Below, in pieces: positions 37,853-50,790 of a stretch of 64,000 nucleotides of DNA. Source of the stretch: Octopus bimaculoides (Eukaryota); assembly GCF_001194135.2 (NCBI RefSeq), contig NC_068981.1, forward strand, positions 190,787,555 through 190,851,554, in the 5' to 3' direction. Position 1 is the first letter of the stretch; each line of letters opens with the position of its first letter. The notes below the pieces were generated by a model that had not been told where the DNA came from, made no database searches, and saw nothing but the letters and a program-made list of their open reading frames with translations. Made by a program: the position numbers and the translations under genes.

Positions 37853-38495
37853 TGCACACACTTTGTTGTTTATAGATATTTACTGGGTGTGTATTAAACA
37901 TATGAAATAGTTTGAATAGATGTGTTTAGAAAAGGAATATTGAAATCTGTTTATGCGTTGTTGATTCCAAGCAGGATACTATTATTTGTGGTTACAGGCT
38001 ACAGAACATTGAGAAAGTAATCTCAGTCGTATGGAAGCTAAAACACCTTTGACAACACCATCATATATACATGGCCTACCTTTCATCTATAGCTTTATAT
38101 TTCTTCTAACACTTTTTTTATACTGTTTTAATGGTTCCATATCATCACTATTCAAAACGTGTTGCTTCTCTTTTTTTTGTTTTTTTGTTTTTCTAACACT
38201 CAGACTGTACCAAGAGTCTTTGACATGACTTTAAACTGCATCTGGTAGTAGGGCCCTGACCTGAGAGTTTTAGGGTTTTGAGGAACTATCTCTTAGCCAC
38301 TATTGTTTCCAGGTCTTCTCTGGCCTGGAGTAGCAGCAGCGGTCAGGATCCCAGCTATGGGTTAATTAGCACATCCTGAAATTACTTCTAGAAGAAGGCC
38401 ACTCACAGACACTCCAAAGCAGCTTAGTAGATGAGGCCCTTCAGCTCTTTAGGTGCTCATCTAAGAGAAGGTAACTTCATACAAATCTTGCATCC

Positions 38496-39285
38496 TTTTT
38501 CGTTGAACCACTAAGTCATGGGGTTGTAAATACCAACACATTCTGTCAGGCAGTGGTAAGGGACAAACATAGATACAAAGATACACACACACACACACAC
38601 ATCCAATGGGCCTTTCTCAGTTTCTGTCATCCACACTCCTGGACTCATCATACTTGTTGCATCAGTCCAGTACAAACTTGCAGGACCAAAGTGTGGGATA
38701 GGTTCTACATGGACTATGCCCACTTTAACAATATTCATCCTGCAGGTTGTCCAACAAACCAAGACACCAGTGTGAAGCTGTGGCTTGTTGAATCCTCATT
38801 TGTTAAAGCAATGGGAGAGTCCACTCTACCAAAACTTTCTAAATTTCATTCCAATGATTCGCAGTCCTTTTAGCAAAACGTTGATTCTAAACTGCACTAA
38901 CTTCAAACAGTGTGTACATTCTTCAACTTCAAAAACCTTGTGGAAAATTATTGGGAAATCATATTTGTTTAATTTTTTTTTAAATCAGCTGTTAGGCTTC
39001 ATTGTTGTCTAAATGAACACAGGCATGTCTGTGTAGTAGGAAGCTTGCTTCCCAACCACAGGTTCTGGGTTCAATCCCACTGCATGGCACCTTGGGTAAG
39101 TGTCTTCTTCTATATCCTCAGGCTGATCAAAGCCTTGTGAATGGATTTGGTAGACAGAAACTGAGAAAGGCCCATTGACTGTATGTGTGTGTGTGTGTGT
39201 CTTTGTGTCTATGTTTGTCCTTTACCACTGCCTGACAGAATGTGTTGGTGTTTACACCCCCATGACTTAGTGGTTCAACAAAAAA
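38496..39285. repeat. Inverted pair of SINE segments (38496-38628 and 39153-39285) sharing private variants
   Basis: 133-bp ungapped alignment with 9 mismatches; the central microsatellite has the same length in both; spacer 524 nt. Confidence 0.92.
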
Positions 39286-39410
39286 GAACCAATAGAAAAA
39301 TTACCAGGCTTAAGGAAAAAAAAGAACTGAGCTCAATTCATTTAATTAAAAATTCTTTTAGGTGGTACCCCAGCATGGCCACAGTCTTATGACTGAAACA
39401 ATTAAGATAA
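39020..39410 (+). mobile_element. OR-type CORE-like SINE
   Basis: Head, CORE-like domain, GT hinge and 3' module. Confidence 0.85.
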
Positions 39411-39607
39411 AGTATAAACATATTTCATGAATAATAGACATATCATTTCATGACATCAGCCACACATGAAATGATAAACAGTTCATGTCTGACATTGCAC
39501 AGAGTTCTTGGTTTTCAGTTATGTATATTTTGTCCATCTTTACGTTCTGAGTTCAAATTCCGCTGAGGCTGACTTTGCCTTTCATCCTGTTGGGGTCAAT
39601 AATTTAA

Positions 39608-39827
39608 CCCTTTTGTTACCGTATTTCTGTTGAGATGTTCTGTGTTTCTTTCAATTACTTTAAATATAACAAAGAATTTTTTAAAATAACTTAGTTATCA
39701 TTAAGCTGGTGTTAGGAACATAAATTGTGACTAAGATTTGGTGGAAGATTTTAATTTAAAACTTATGAAAACAAGACATTTGTACTCAGAGCCGGAGCCG
39801 GTTTCAGCTGGGTTGGTAAAGAAAGGG
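39608..39827. mobile_element. piggyBac-type MITE nested in a SINE
   Basis: TTAA|CCCTTTTGTTACC ... GGTAAAGAAAGGG|TTAA; it splits the host SINE at its TTAA site. Confidence 0.85.
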
Positions 39828-42800
39828 TTAAAGACCAGTCAAATACTAGGGTCAATGTAATCGACTAGTCCCCTCTCCCAAAATTTCAGGCCTTATGCGT
39901 TTAGTAGAAAGGATTTTCAGTTATGTAGAATCAAGTCTTTAAAAAGCAACCAAAACATTTTATAAACGGTTTCCAGCAATTTTCATTTGACGGCATATAA
40001 AAGCCTTTTTTTTTTTAAGAAAAAAAAGGTTCTAAAACAATCATGTTAGGTCCTAAATGTGAAGCTGAGCCCCCTATAAGCTTTAATGCACCAAAACCTT
40101 CTTGTCTGAATATGCACTGTTGAAATTGAGGTATATCCATTATGCCTGTGTCATCAGATACAGTAACTTTTGATAACCACTACTTGTTTCCGACTTTGTT
40201 CCCTCTCCTACTCCCCTTCTTGGCCTACATTCCTAATGTTACTGAACACTCTAATGTTGGTGCCTCAGAACATGCACTTTTGTAAAAGTGGTTGGCAACA
40301 GGAAGTGTGTCAAGCAATAGAAACCATACCAAATGTCATGGATAAGTACTAATCTTCAGGAGCAGTATCTCCCAGTAAGAAATCACTGAAAACATGATGA
40401 CCTCTCCAATTCATGCCAGCATGGAAAGGGGATTTAAATTGATGAGTAATCAATCATTTTTTTATCAATATTATGTAGGTTTTACAGGAAGGATGATCTT
40501 TTCTTAAAAGCCTTTTTTTAGTTTACATTTTCCTTGACAATCATGTAGTTTGCTGTTTAACCAATAAAATCATGAAAAACAATGATGTTGAAATGCAGTG
40601 ACAATGGAGATATCTTGAAAAGGTCATGTGCACTGTTGCTATTTCCCCTCCTCTGACTATCTTATAAGAACAAAGACTAATAAAGTAGCAATACTAATGT
40701 TGAAGGAAGTAAAAAATGGTGACAATAATGATGGTAATGTATCATACATTGATGACCATTGTTAATTTGCTGTCACTATAAATTATACATCACATTTATA
40801 TAGCTGTATCATTGTCTTCAGTATCATCATCATCATCATCATCTACAGTGGTGGTGTTATACAGACACTGTTTATGGGTGAGGTGGTTTTATAGTTTATA
40901 TTTATTAGGATATTAAATTTAATGTTTAGATATATTGTTTCAGAGTATTCAAGTCTGTTCATCTTGTATTTAACTTACGTAACCTGTATCAAGTTTATAC
41001 ATTATTTTTATATCTTTATATTTTTGCATCTTGTAAGAATAATTCTCGAGAAAGTGCTGAGGCAAACAAATTAAAAAGTATTAAAATTTTTGTATTTCAA
41101 TTAACTTTACTCCCAATATATAGTTTTTTCGGTGGTGGGCGAGCAAGGCTTACATATAAATGTTAGCTTTGCTGCTTTTCGAAATGATGTTCTTTTTCTT
41201 AATATATGTATATTGATTCTGCTTAATTGACTTAATTATGAATTCTTCCTGTTGTGGCTTCTTATCAATTCCTCATGCTAATGAGGTACAAAACAAATTT
41301 TATATTCTTCTTGAAATTTATAGTGTTTTTACCCATTTTCCCTCCTCCGTTTTTTTTTTGTTTGAAGATGTTGTTATAGAAAAGGCATATACTTCAGCAT
41401 AAAATTAATTGAAACAGTCAAAGGATTCTCTGACTATATTAAAGATACAGCTGTGAGGTAGAATTTATCTTAATCAAATACACGTGTAATTTCAAACATC
41501 ATATTTGTTTGTTAAAAATCACTGTATTGATTGGTAAATGCACTAAGCATCAATTTCAATGTTTATCCTTGTAATCATGGCTTTCATACTTTCCTCTATG
41601 CATTTATTTTAATATTTTGTTTTTATACAATTAAAATTATTTGCTTACTTCAAAAACATCAGAAGTTTTAAAGTTAGTAAGTTTTGTCGTTTTATATTAG
41701 TTATTCCAAACTTAATTGCATAGAATATTGTAGAATACAACTTTATATATAAAATAGATTTAGGTCACGCAGGACTCCTCTGTTGTCTGTATTGAATGAC
41801 ACTGAAATGGTCATATGATCATAATTACAGGCAGTTTCTTTGTTGATTAGACTCATTAGGTAGTAAATGAAACACAAGAAACTGCAATAGAAGCTTTTCA
41901 GCCTATACATAGAGGTCCATATTTATTTTATTGCTGACGAGACTAATATGAGATAGTCAGTTAAACTTCTCACATCCTTTTGATAATTAAATTGAAAGAC
42001 CAGTAAAGACCAAGAATTAAATGATTCCATTGCAGAACAAATGAACTACTGAGGAAGTAATTAGTTCCCCACTTCCTTCAAAATGAATGTAAACAAGGTT
42101 ATTACAGTTTTTGTGATATCATGTGTTTTAGGACTGGCTGAGCTGCTGTTATCCTGTGTTGTACTGTAGTCATGTACAGTTGTCTAGGAAGTTCTTCACT
42201 ATGGCCATATTGTTTGTGTTGTTGTCCAGTCACAGGTCAATCCTGATCAAGTAGATCTATGATCAAAGGCATTACATCCATCATCATCTTTTAGTACAAA
42301 ACAGTAGGATGTGGTATGATCTGAAGAGAATTCGGCTGCTACTTCTAGCTGATTGAGCAACTGCATAAAAGCTTCCTCATTCCTGTTTTATTGTAGGTGT
42401 ACACACTGTCAGAGAATATAAATCTTAAAACATGTTGTCACCATTGTAAAGAGCAAATGTTTATTGAGAGAGATTCAGGACTGTATAGATCTCGCAATAA
42501 CTTGTTGAATGCAGAAGAAAAAAAAAAAGTAATAGATAAAATATATAAATAAAATTAAAGAAAAAAAAATCCTTGAGGAAAATTAAGAATGCTTCATAAA
42601 TTTCTGTATGCATCACAAGCTTCCTTCATTCCTCCTTCCTCATCCAAGATAGATGTATGTCACAGTTTCTATCATATTTATTTGATTGATGGCTTAAGTA
42701 TTCACTTGTAGTATTCCAGAAACTGCTGAAACTAGGAAGTTTGAAAATCTTCTTCATCAATAATTACTACAAAAAAAAATCTTTGAAAATTGCATTTTTG

Positions 42801-42974
42801 TGTGTGTGTGGGTGTGCATGCATGTGTGTATGTGTACATGTGTTGAAATTTTGTTGTTGTTTGAAAGCTTATTATTTTAAAATTATACATATCACTTGGT
42901 TCCAGTCAGCATATCAGCAACCTGTGGCTTGTATAAACAAATTTATGATCATTTTACATGAACAACAGATGCAG

Positions 42975-43370
42975 GCATGGCTGTATCGTTAAGAAGCTCA
43001 CTTTGCGACAACATGCTTCTCAGGTTCAGTCCAACTGCACAGTTCCTGGGAGAAGTGTCTTCTACAACAGCCACAAGTCAACCAATGCGTTGTGAGTGAA
43101 TTTGATAGATGGAAACTGTGTGGAAGCCTGACATGTCTGTGTATTTGTCTTTGTGTCTATCTTCGTGTTTATATTTATCCCCCACCCACTGTTTTGACAA
43201 CTGGTATTTGTTTATTTTCCCCATAGTTTAGTGGTTTGGTAAAAGTGGCTGATAGAATAAAGTCCCAAACTTTAGAAAATGTACTGGGGTTGATTTGTTT
43301 GACTAAAACCTTCAGGGTAGTGCCCCAGCAAGGCCACAGTCCTATAACTGAAAGAAGTAAAAGATAAATG
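42975..43370 (+). mobile_element. OR-type CORE-like SINE
   Basis: Head, CORE-like domain and 3' module. Confidence 0.75.
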
Positions 43371-43671
43371 AAAAAAAAACAAAATGATCTGAAAAAACAT
43401 TCATCACAACACATCATCATCAACTATTTGATGCAACTATTTATTTAAAAAAAAAAATTAATAGTTATTATTGCAAAATTGTTTTAACATCCACTTTTCC
43501 ATGCTTGCAAGAGTCGAGTGGAGTTTATTGAGACAGATTTTCTACAGCTGGAGGCTTTCCTGTCACCAACCCTCACCTGTTTCCAAGCAACATAATATTT
43601 CCTATTGGCCAGACATGGTTCCGCACAATATTGGAAATGAATGACGTTGCTTATATAATAATGGAGTGACT

Positions 43672-43813
43672 GTGGGGTAAGTAGCTTGCTTATCAACCAC
43701 ATGGTTCCGGGTTCAGTCCCACTGTGTGGCACCTTGGGCATGTGTCTTCTACTAAAGCCTCAGGCCACCCAAAGCCTTGTCAGTGGATTTGGTAGACAAA
43801 AACTGAACGAAGT

Positions 43814-43857
<44 letters not shown>

Positions 43858-44058
43858 TGTGAGTCTGTGTTTGTTCCCCACAACATTGCTTGACAACCGA
43901 TTGGTGGTGTGTTTACGTCCCCATAACTTAGCAGTTCAGCAAAGAGGCCAATAGAATAAATACTAAAGTTACAAAGAATATGTGCTGGGGTCGATTTGCT
44001 TGACTAAAGGCGGTGCTCCAGCATGGCCGCAGTCAAATGACTGAAACAAATAAAAGAA
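43672..44058 (+). mobile_element. OR-type CORE-like SINE
   Basis: Same head, CORE-like domain, TA hinge and 3' module as 1151-1876. Confidence 0.85.
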
Positions 44059-44074
44059 TTGCAACTACCACAAG

Positions 44075-44310
44075 ATGTCAAGACAAGGGGACACAAACAT
44101 ATACTTGCCCTCGCATGTGCACAAACACACACAAACACACTCACATGATGGGATTCTTTCAGTTTCTATCTACCAAATCCATTCACAAGGCTTTAGTCAG
44201 CCTGTGAAGGCTTTAGTAGAAGATAATTGCATATATTGCTATACATGTAGTAAGACTGAACCGGAAGCGATGTAGTTGGGAAGCAAACTTCTTAACCACA
44301 CAGCCACATC
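44075..44310 (-). mobile_element. OR-type CORE-like SINE (5' half)
   Basis: Reverse-oriented head and CORE-like domain. Confidence 0.8.
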
Positions 44311-45088
44311 TGTGCCTAGTGCAAAATATATTCAAATAATTATCACATTTATGTGAAATATGTCAGTAAATTTTCATGTAACATTTCAGTTTCATTGGCT
44401 TAAATATTGACAAGCTATGTAAAGAAAGGGAGTGAGGGGTTTACATTATATATAGACTGTCTTACAGGTTTCTTATCCATATGACATATATAAATTGAAA
44501 ATTAGTAACATTTACTAAATTTGTCATGTATTAATTACATAGACATCAAAACATACATTCAGAAATGATAATCACTTGTCAAAACATAAGAAATATCATC
44601 ATTATTTAAGAGCAATCTATCAAGCTTTCATTGACTGGACAGTTTGACAGGATCTAATGAGCGAGAATACTGCATCGTGTTCCAGTGTCTGCTTTCTAAG
44701 GCTGGTTGCTCTTCCTAACATCAAACACTGAAAGTGTTAGAAAGAGCAACCAAGCTTGGTGTTGAAAGGATAACCTTTGAAATAATAACAATAATTCTAT
44801 ATACAATAATTCTATATACAATAATTTGAACTCATTAGTATTTCTACCTCAACTGCACGATTTCAACAAATTACTTTTATACAATTGTCAGATCTTAGCA
44901 TGTTTGTACACATTACAGAATATATATGTAAATGTGTAGCGTATAAATGCGTTCTTGTATATACACATACATAATACATACATCTAACTCAATAACATCT
45001 TGGTTAAACTGAATTCAAATTCAGCTACATGATGATACCATCATGCCGTTCCTAGCTAAATATGTCATATTACTACATAACAGCTTCT

Positions 45089-45317
45089 TATTTTTTTACT
45101 GCCTTCAAGGGGCTACACACAGAGGAGACAAAGAAGGACAGACAAACAGATTAAGTTGATTATATTGACCCCAGTGGGTAACTGGTACTTATTTAATTGA
45201 CCCCGAAAGGATGAAAGGCAAAGTCGACCTCAGCGGAATTTGAACTCAGAACGCAAAGATGGACGAAATACCGTTAAGTATTTCGCCCGCTGTGCTAACG
45301 ATTCTGCCAGCTCACCA
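45089..45317 (-). mobile_element. tRNA-derived SINE with a MetaSINE-like domain
   Basis: TSD ACATAACAGCTTCT at 45075-45088 and 45318-45331. Confidence 0.88.
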
Positions 45318-45948
45318 ACATAACAGCTTCTGCTCACCGAATATAGCTGCTATAATCGCATAGATTATATACAGTTCTCCAACTCTGCCATAGCCATTGC
45401 TGGTTATTACTTAACTAACTAAGCTTCTGTTCACCAAAGATGGTTGTCACAGTGACATAGAAAACAGTCTCCAACTGAGCATATTATTGAAATAAATGCA
45501 TACACACACTGACTACATTAACAAAAACATATTCAACATTTTCAGAGTTTGTTGAGATTGATATTTTTTTTTTATGAGTTAAATTCAGTCCATTTTCTTT
45601 AGCAATTAAGGGTCCCAATTAATCAAGGTGGGCTATGCAGCTGCAAATGTGCAGGTGTATGTGTGTGTGTGTGTGTGTGTATAGATGCATGGACAAGATG
45701 ATTCTTATGGAAGACTTAACCAAACACACAAGACTTCCTCTCTCCAAGTCATCAATGTTTATCCCGGAGTCATGAAGTTGGAGTCGGAAACAATTAAGTC
45801 AGAGTTGGTAAAACTATACTGACTCTGACTCCAACTCACAATATTTTTATTCTTTAATATAAACCAGTTATAACATATAGGCCTACTCAAAGTACAAGTG
45901 TATGCACATGCTTTATGAGATATGTAGACCACAATCACTTAATTACAT

Positions 45949-46617
45949 NNNNNNNNNNNNNNNNNNNNNNNNNNNNNNNNNNNNNNNNNNNNNNNNNNNN
46001 NNNNNNNNNNNNNNNNNNNNNNNNNNNNNNNNNNNNNNNNNNNNNNNNNNNNNNNNNNNNNNNNNNNNNNNNNNNNNNNNNNNNNNNNNNNNNNNNNNNN
46101 NNNNNNNNNNNNNNNNNNNNNNNNNNNNNNNNNNNNNNNNNNNNNNNNNNNNNNNNNNNNNNNNNNNNNNNNNNNNNNNNNNNNNNNNNNNNNNNNNNNN
46201 NNNNNNNNNNNNNNNNNNNNNNNNNNNNNNNNNNNNNNNNNNNNNNNNNNNNNNNNNNNNNNNNNNNNNNNNNNNNNNNNNNNNNNNNNNNNNNNNNNNN
46301 NNNNNNNNNNNNNNNNNNNNNNNNNNNNNNNNNNNNNNNNNNNNNNNNNNNNNNNNNNNNNNNNNNNNNNNNNNNNNNNNNNNNNNNNNNNNNNNNNNNN
46401 NNNNNNNNNNNNNNNNNNNNNNNNNNNNNNNNNNNNNNNNNNNNNNNNNNNNNNNNNNNNNNNNNNNNNNNNNNNNNNNNNNNNNNNNNNNNNNNNNNNN
46501 NNNNNNNNNNNNNNNNNNNNNNNNNNNNNNNNNNNNNNNNNNNNNNNNNNNNNNNNNNNNNNNNNNNNNNNNNNNNNNNNNNNNNNNNNNNNNNNNNNNN
46601 NNNNNNNNNNNNNNNNN
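45949..46617. other. Assembly gap (others at 1322-1528, 3405-3546, 8133-8456, 11436-11633 and 11965-12321)
   Basis: N runs. Confidence 1.
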
Positions 46618-46719
46618 TGACAGTTAAACACTGACTACCCTGAAATACAATTCGATATTTGTGATATGAGGAATTAATATTATGTACACTACTTACATCT
46701 TGTGTCTCCATCTTGATTG

Positions 46720-46870
46720 TTGCTGTCACTATGTTTCAACAACTGAGTTCAACACAAGACACCTAAAGAAGGCTGGAGCATACAACAGCTGAAACATAGT
46801 GAAAACAACAGTGAAAATGAGAACATCAGTCCAACTAATTTGAATGGTATACGTAATATACTATGTAATA
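46720..46870 (+). mobile_element. Penelope-like terminal remnant with a degenerate hammerhead motif
   Basis: CTAAAGA-A-GGCTG-gagcatacaa-CAGCT-GAAAC at 46763-46795. Confidence 0.5.
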
Positions 46871-47263
46871 ATATTATTACACAGTAAAAATTTCTGAGTC
46901 AAATACTAGTCACATGACAAGGATTTTTTCTTTTCCTTTTTTTTTTTTAGCTTTTAATTAATTCTGACCAATCGATTTGTTTATGTGTTTATGATAGGGG
47001 GGACAGACAAATCGTTATTCTTAATGAAGTTAAGATGGTGTTAAATTATTAAAAAATTGTCAAACACCATGATGAAGGAAAAATTATGTGGTTGCCACCT
47101 CTATTTTGTCTTCACCTTTTCATGAATAAAGAGAGGTGGGGGACTCAATTTCTTTTATGAAATATTTATTTTTAAGGTAGGATACAATTATTTTTCACTT
47201 TGACAACCACTTCATTAATAGAGAAATCTTATTTCACAGCAATTAGTATTTCCAATTTCCATT

Positions 47264-47388
<125 letters not shown>

Positions 47389-48554
47389 ACTTGTTGCCTT
47401 TTACCCTTTTCCAAGTATTGCATACAATAAGCTCTTTCTCTTCTTCCTTCTTTTCCTGCCCATCGTTATTAATATTAAGGTGGCTGAGTTGTTACTGCGC
47501 TGGACAAGATGCTTACCAGCAATCTATTCTGGTTCTTCTGAGCTGAGGTTGACTTTGCCTTTCGTCCTTTCAGGGTCAATAAAATAATTACCAGTAAGAA
47601 ACTGGAACCACATGGTTCCAGGTTCAGTCCCACTGCATGGAGCCTTGGGCAAGTGTTTTCTAATATAGCCTTGGCCTGACCAAAGACTTGTGAATGGATT
47701 TGATAGATGGAAACTGAAAGAAGCCTGTGATATATATGTATGTGTCTGTGTGTGTCTTTGTATTTGTTTGTCTCCTACCACCATTTGATAACCAGTGTTG
47801 ATGTGCTCCCATTCCCATAACTTAGAGATTCCTCAAAAGAGGTTGATAGAATAAGTAACAGGTTTTAGAAAAATATGTATTGGGGCCAATTCATTCAACT
47901 AAAATTCTTCAAGGCAGTGCTCCAGTATGGCTGCAGACTAATGGCTGAAGCAAGTAAAAGATAAAAGATGATGTTGGATAGACTTAGCCCTTTCATTATC
48001 GCATTTCTGTTGAAATACTCTTCATCATCATCATCATCATCATCGTTTAACGTCCGCTTTCCATGCCAGCATGGGTTGGACGATTTGACTGAGGACTGGT
48101 GAGACCGGATGGCAACACCAGGCTCCAATCTAAATTTGGCAGAGTTTCTACAGCTGGATGCCCTTCCTAATGCCAACCACTCTTATCTTAATTAATTCTG
48201 AAATTAACGAAGAATTTAGTAAAATAACTTTATCACTTGTAAATTGGTGTCTGGAACTCAAATTAACATGAAATTTTGATGAAACGTTTTAATTGAGATC
48301 ATTTTAAAGCAGGAAGTTTTTTCATCATAGAACCAAGTTTGGTCTTAATTTTATTATACATGGCAATTTGTCCCCTTTTACAGTCTTCGCAGCTTCACCA
48401 CCATCACCACCACCATGGGAAACTCTGTTTTAGCAGATCAAACCAGTTCTGTGTACCAGTCTTAAAGAATGTTATATTTGCAATTGTATCGTGATGGTTT
48501 TGCAGTTTGGTTGTTCTCACAGTCTCTTCTGTTTGTTTCATGTCATATCTATAA

Positions 48555-48770
48555 GGCGGCGAGCTGGCAGAAACATTAGCCTGCTGGGCGAAATACTTAG
48601 CGGTATTTCATCTGTTTTTACGTTCTGAGATCAAATTCCTCTGAAGTCAATTTTGCCTTTCATCCTTTCGGGGTCAATAAATTAAGTACCAGTTGCATAC
48701 TGGGGTTGATGCAATCAACTAGCACCCCACCCACTGCTTCTCAAAAATTTCGGGCCTTATGCCTAGAGTA
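48555..48770 (+). mobile_element. tRNA-derived SINE with a MetaSINE-like domain (further plus-strand copies at ~20140-20360, 21180-21390, 39530-39910 and 47490-47600)
   Basis: Head GGCGGCGAGCTGGCAGAAACATTAGC.. and central TTTGCCTTTCATCCTTTCGGGGTCAATAAATTAAGTACCAG. Confidence 0.82.
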
Positions 48771-49173
48771 AAAAAAAAAAAATTAGTCATATTTATTTAT
48801 AATGTGTCAATCATACAGTTCTATATTTAAGAGATGAGGAATTATGTACATTATTTACATTTGACAGACGAATATCCGTCAAATGTAAATAACATGTCTC
48901 TCATAGATTGGCTGAATGGCTAAAAACACCATTTGACAATGGCAATGTCTTGGGGCCAATCCAGCCAATCCTGGGGCCAATCTTGGGCAAGCATCTTTTG
49001 TCACAGCCTTGGATTAACCCAATCCTTGTGAGTGAAATAAGGTTTTCAGAAACTATTTGGAGGCCATGTTGTTGCTTAGTAGTTTCAGCCTGTGACATTT
49101 AGACTGTTTATCATGGAAACATATCATGTTAAATAGTTGCTCAAACAGAGGAATAAATGAGTTCCGACAGTAA

Positions 49174-49312
49174 GCTGGGAAGTTAACCCTGGAAATGGAT
49201 TGGTGTCCCATTTAGGTGGGAGCAGTGTTGTAATCTATGTCATTTATATGTTATGGAAACTGGATTAAGCTCCAACCTTAGTCCTGGGGCTCATGACGGA
49301 CCTAAGTCTATA
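49174..49312 (+). mobile_element. V-SINE-domain-like fragment (related copy at ~19860-20010 on -)
   Basis: GTTAACCCTG..ATGGA.TGG.GTCCCAT..AGG..GGAG..G...T.AT.....TCA.....TG.TATGGAAACTGGA.TAAGCTCC resembles the V domain. Confidence 0.5.
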
Positions 49313-50489
49313 CAAAGTCTTTTCTTTTAAATGGTAGATATAAGGGAGATTTGGCTGCTATTTCTAGCAGACTGCTTGACCACATGGGTTTCTTCATTAG
49401 CTCATGCAATTCATTGGGTAATATTTGTCTTCTAGTCTTGGACACAAATTTAAGGAAATCTACCCCAAGTGATAAAAGGCAAGGTTGACTTCAAGGGGAT
49501 TTGAACTCGGGACTTAAAGAACCGTAATTAAATATTGCAAGCCATTTTGTGTGATGCTCTACTGATTATCAGTCCACCTAGCCTTTGCTTTGTAGTATCA
49601 TTAATGAATTTGTGTTTAGAGTTATGGAAATAAATCAATACTATTATATGACAATATAAACATAACTAACCAATTCATATGTTTCTTTTGAAGCATTCTT
49701 TAAGAACTCCTTATTTTATTTTATTCATTTCTGAAGAATTTTTACCTCTTTTATAAGAATTTATTATAGAAACATCTTGATGATAGATGTCAGTTCCAAA
49801 TAAAAACATTGAGGTCTAAGACATTGAATCACAGTGAAGGTGTCTCCTACCAGCGCTGTCTCACCAAAAGAATTAATCAATAATTGAATAAACTCAAAAT
49901 GTAATTATTAACTTTGATTGAATTTATTTCCTACAATTTTCTCTCAAAATTACTCTTTTGAATTATGCTTTCATTTAAGTTAGAATAAAGGATTATAATA
50001 AAATTAATATTTCAAATTCTAAGGTTATTTATTCTCCATTGATGAATGTCTAGAATCATTACAGTCCAGAAAAGAAAGATATTTTTACAAAATAAATTAT
50101 TGTTAAGGATTGTGTTTTTCTTTCAATTTTTTTTTTATAGTGAATTCAGACAATTATTATAAATATCTAATTTTAATGATTTAAAAATTTTTTTACTGGG
50201 GTATTTATATTAATGTTTTGAAAGGTAATTTTAAATGATAAAAATCAATCATTTTGTTACAATTTTTCTTTCAATTTTATCAATATAAAAATATTTCTGT
50301 GTATACTCATTTGTAACCAGCAGTAATTCTCAGTCAATTTAATTTTAAGGCAAAGGAAGAATGTTTAAAATGAGAATAATTCAATATGTGATTGCATTTG
50401 GTTAATTATTTGAAGAGAATTTTAGTTCGCCAATACAGTTAGCAAATGACATTGCCAAACTCAAAGCATTTGAAATAGTTTGCTAGTAA

Positions 50490-50790
50490 AATATGCTTAG
50501 ACTGACCCGCAAACAAATGAGTCAATATTTGAGGAAATGGGAACAGAAAGAGAAAAATTTAGTAACTCTCAGGAAGAGAAAGCTGCAGTGTTTTGATCTT
50601 GTCACCAGAGTACAGGACCCCGGGACCCACATCCTAGAGGAAAATGAAGCAGGGAGAAACTAGGAAGACTTTGGCTGGATAACATCAAAGAATGGGTCAG
50701 AAAATATCTGGCTGAATGCACAACCATTGCCAGAACCAGAAATCAATGAAAAGAATTGGTGCATGCATCCATGAGATTAAACAAAACAAG
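50490..50790 (+). mobile_element. RTE-clade LINE 3' fragment
   Basis: Translation includes LRKRKLQCFDLVTR..ILEE..WLDNIKEW..CTTIARTRNQ*KELV, an RTE C-terminal pattern. Confidence 0.75.

Noticed and set aside
45902-46729. Long ORFs spanning N runs or microsatellites (also the poly-H/D/S and HT/CV/YI ORFs elsewhere)
   Set aside because: Artefacts of gaps and simple repeats.
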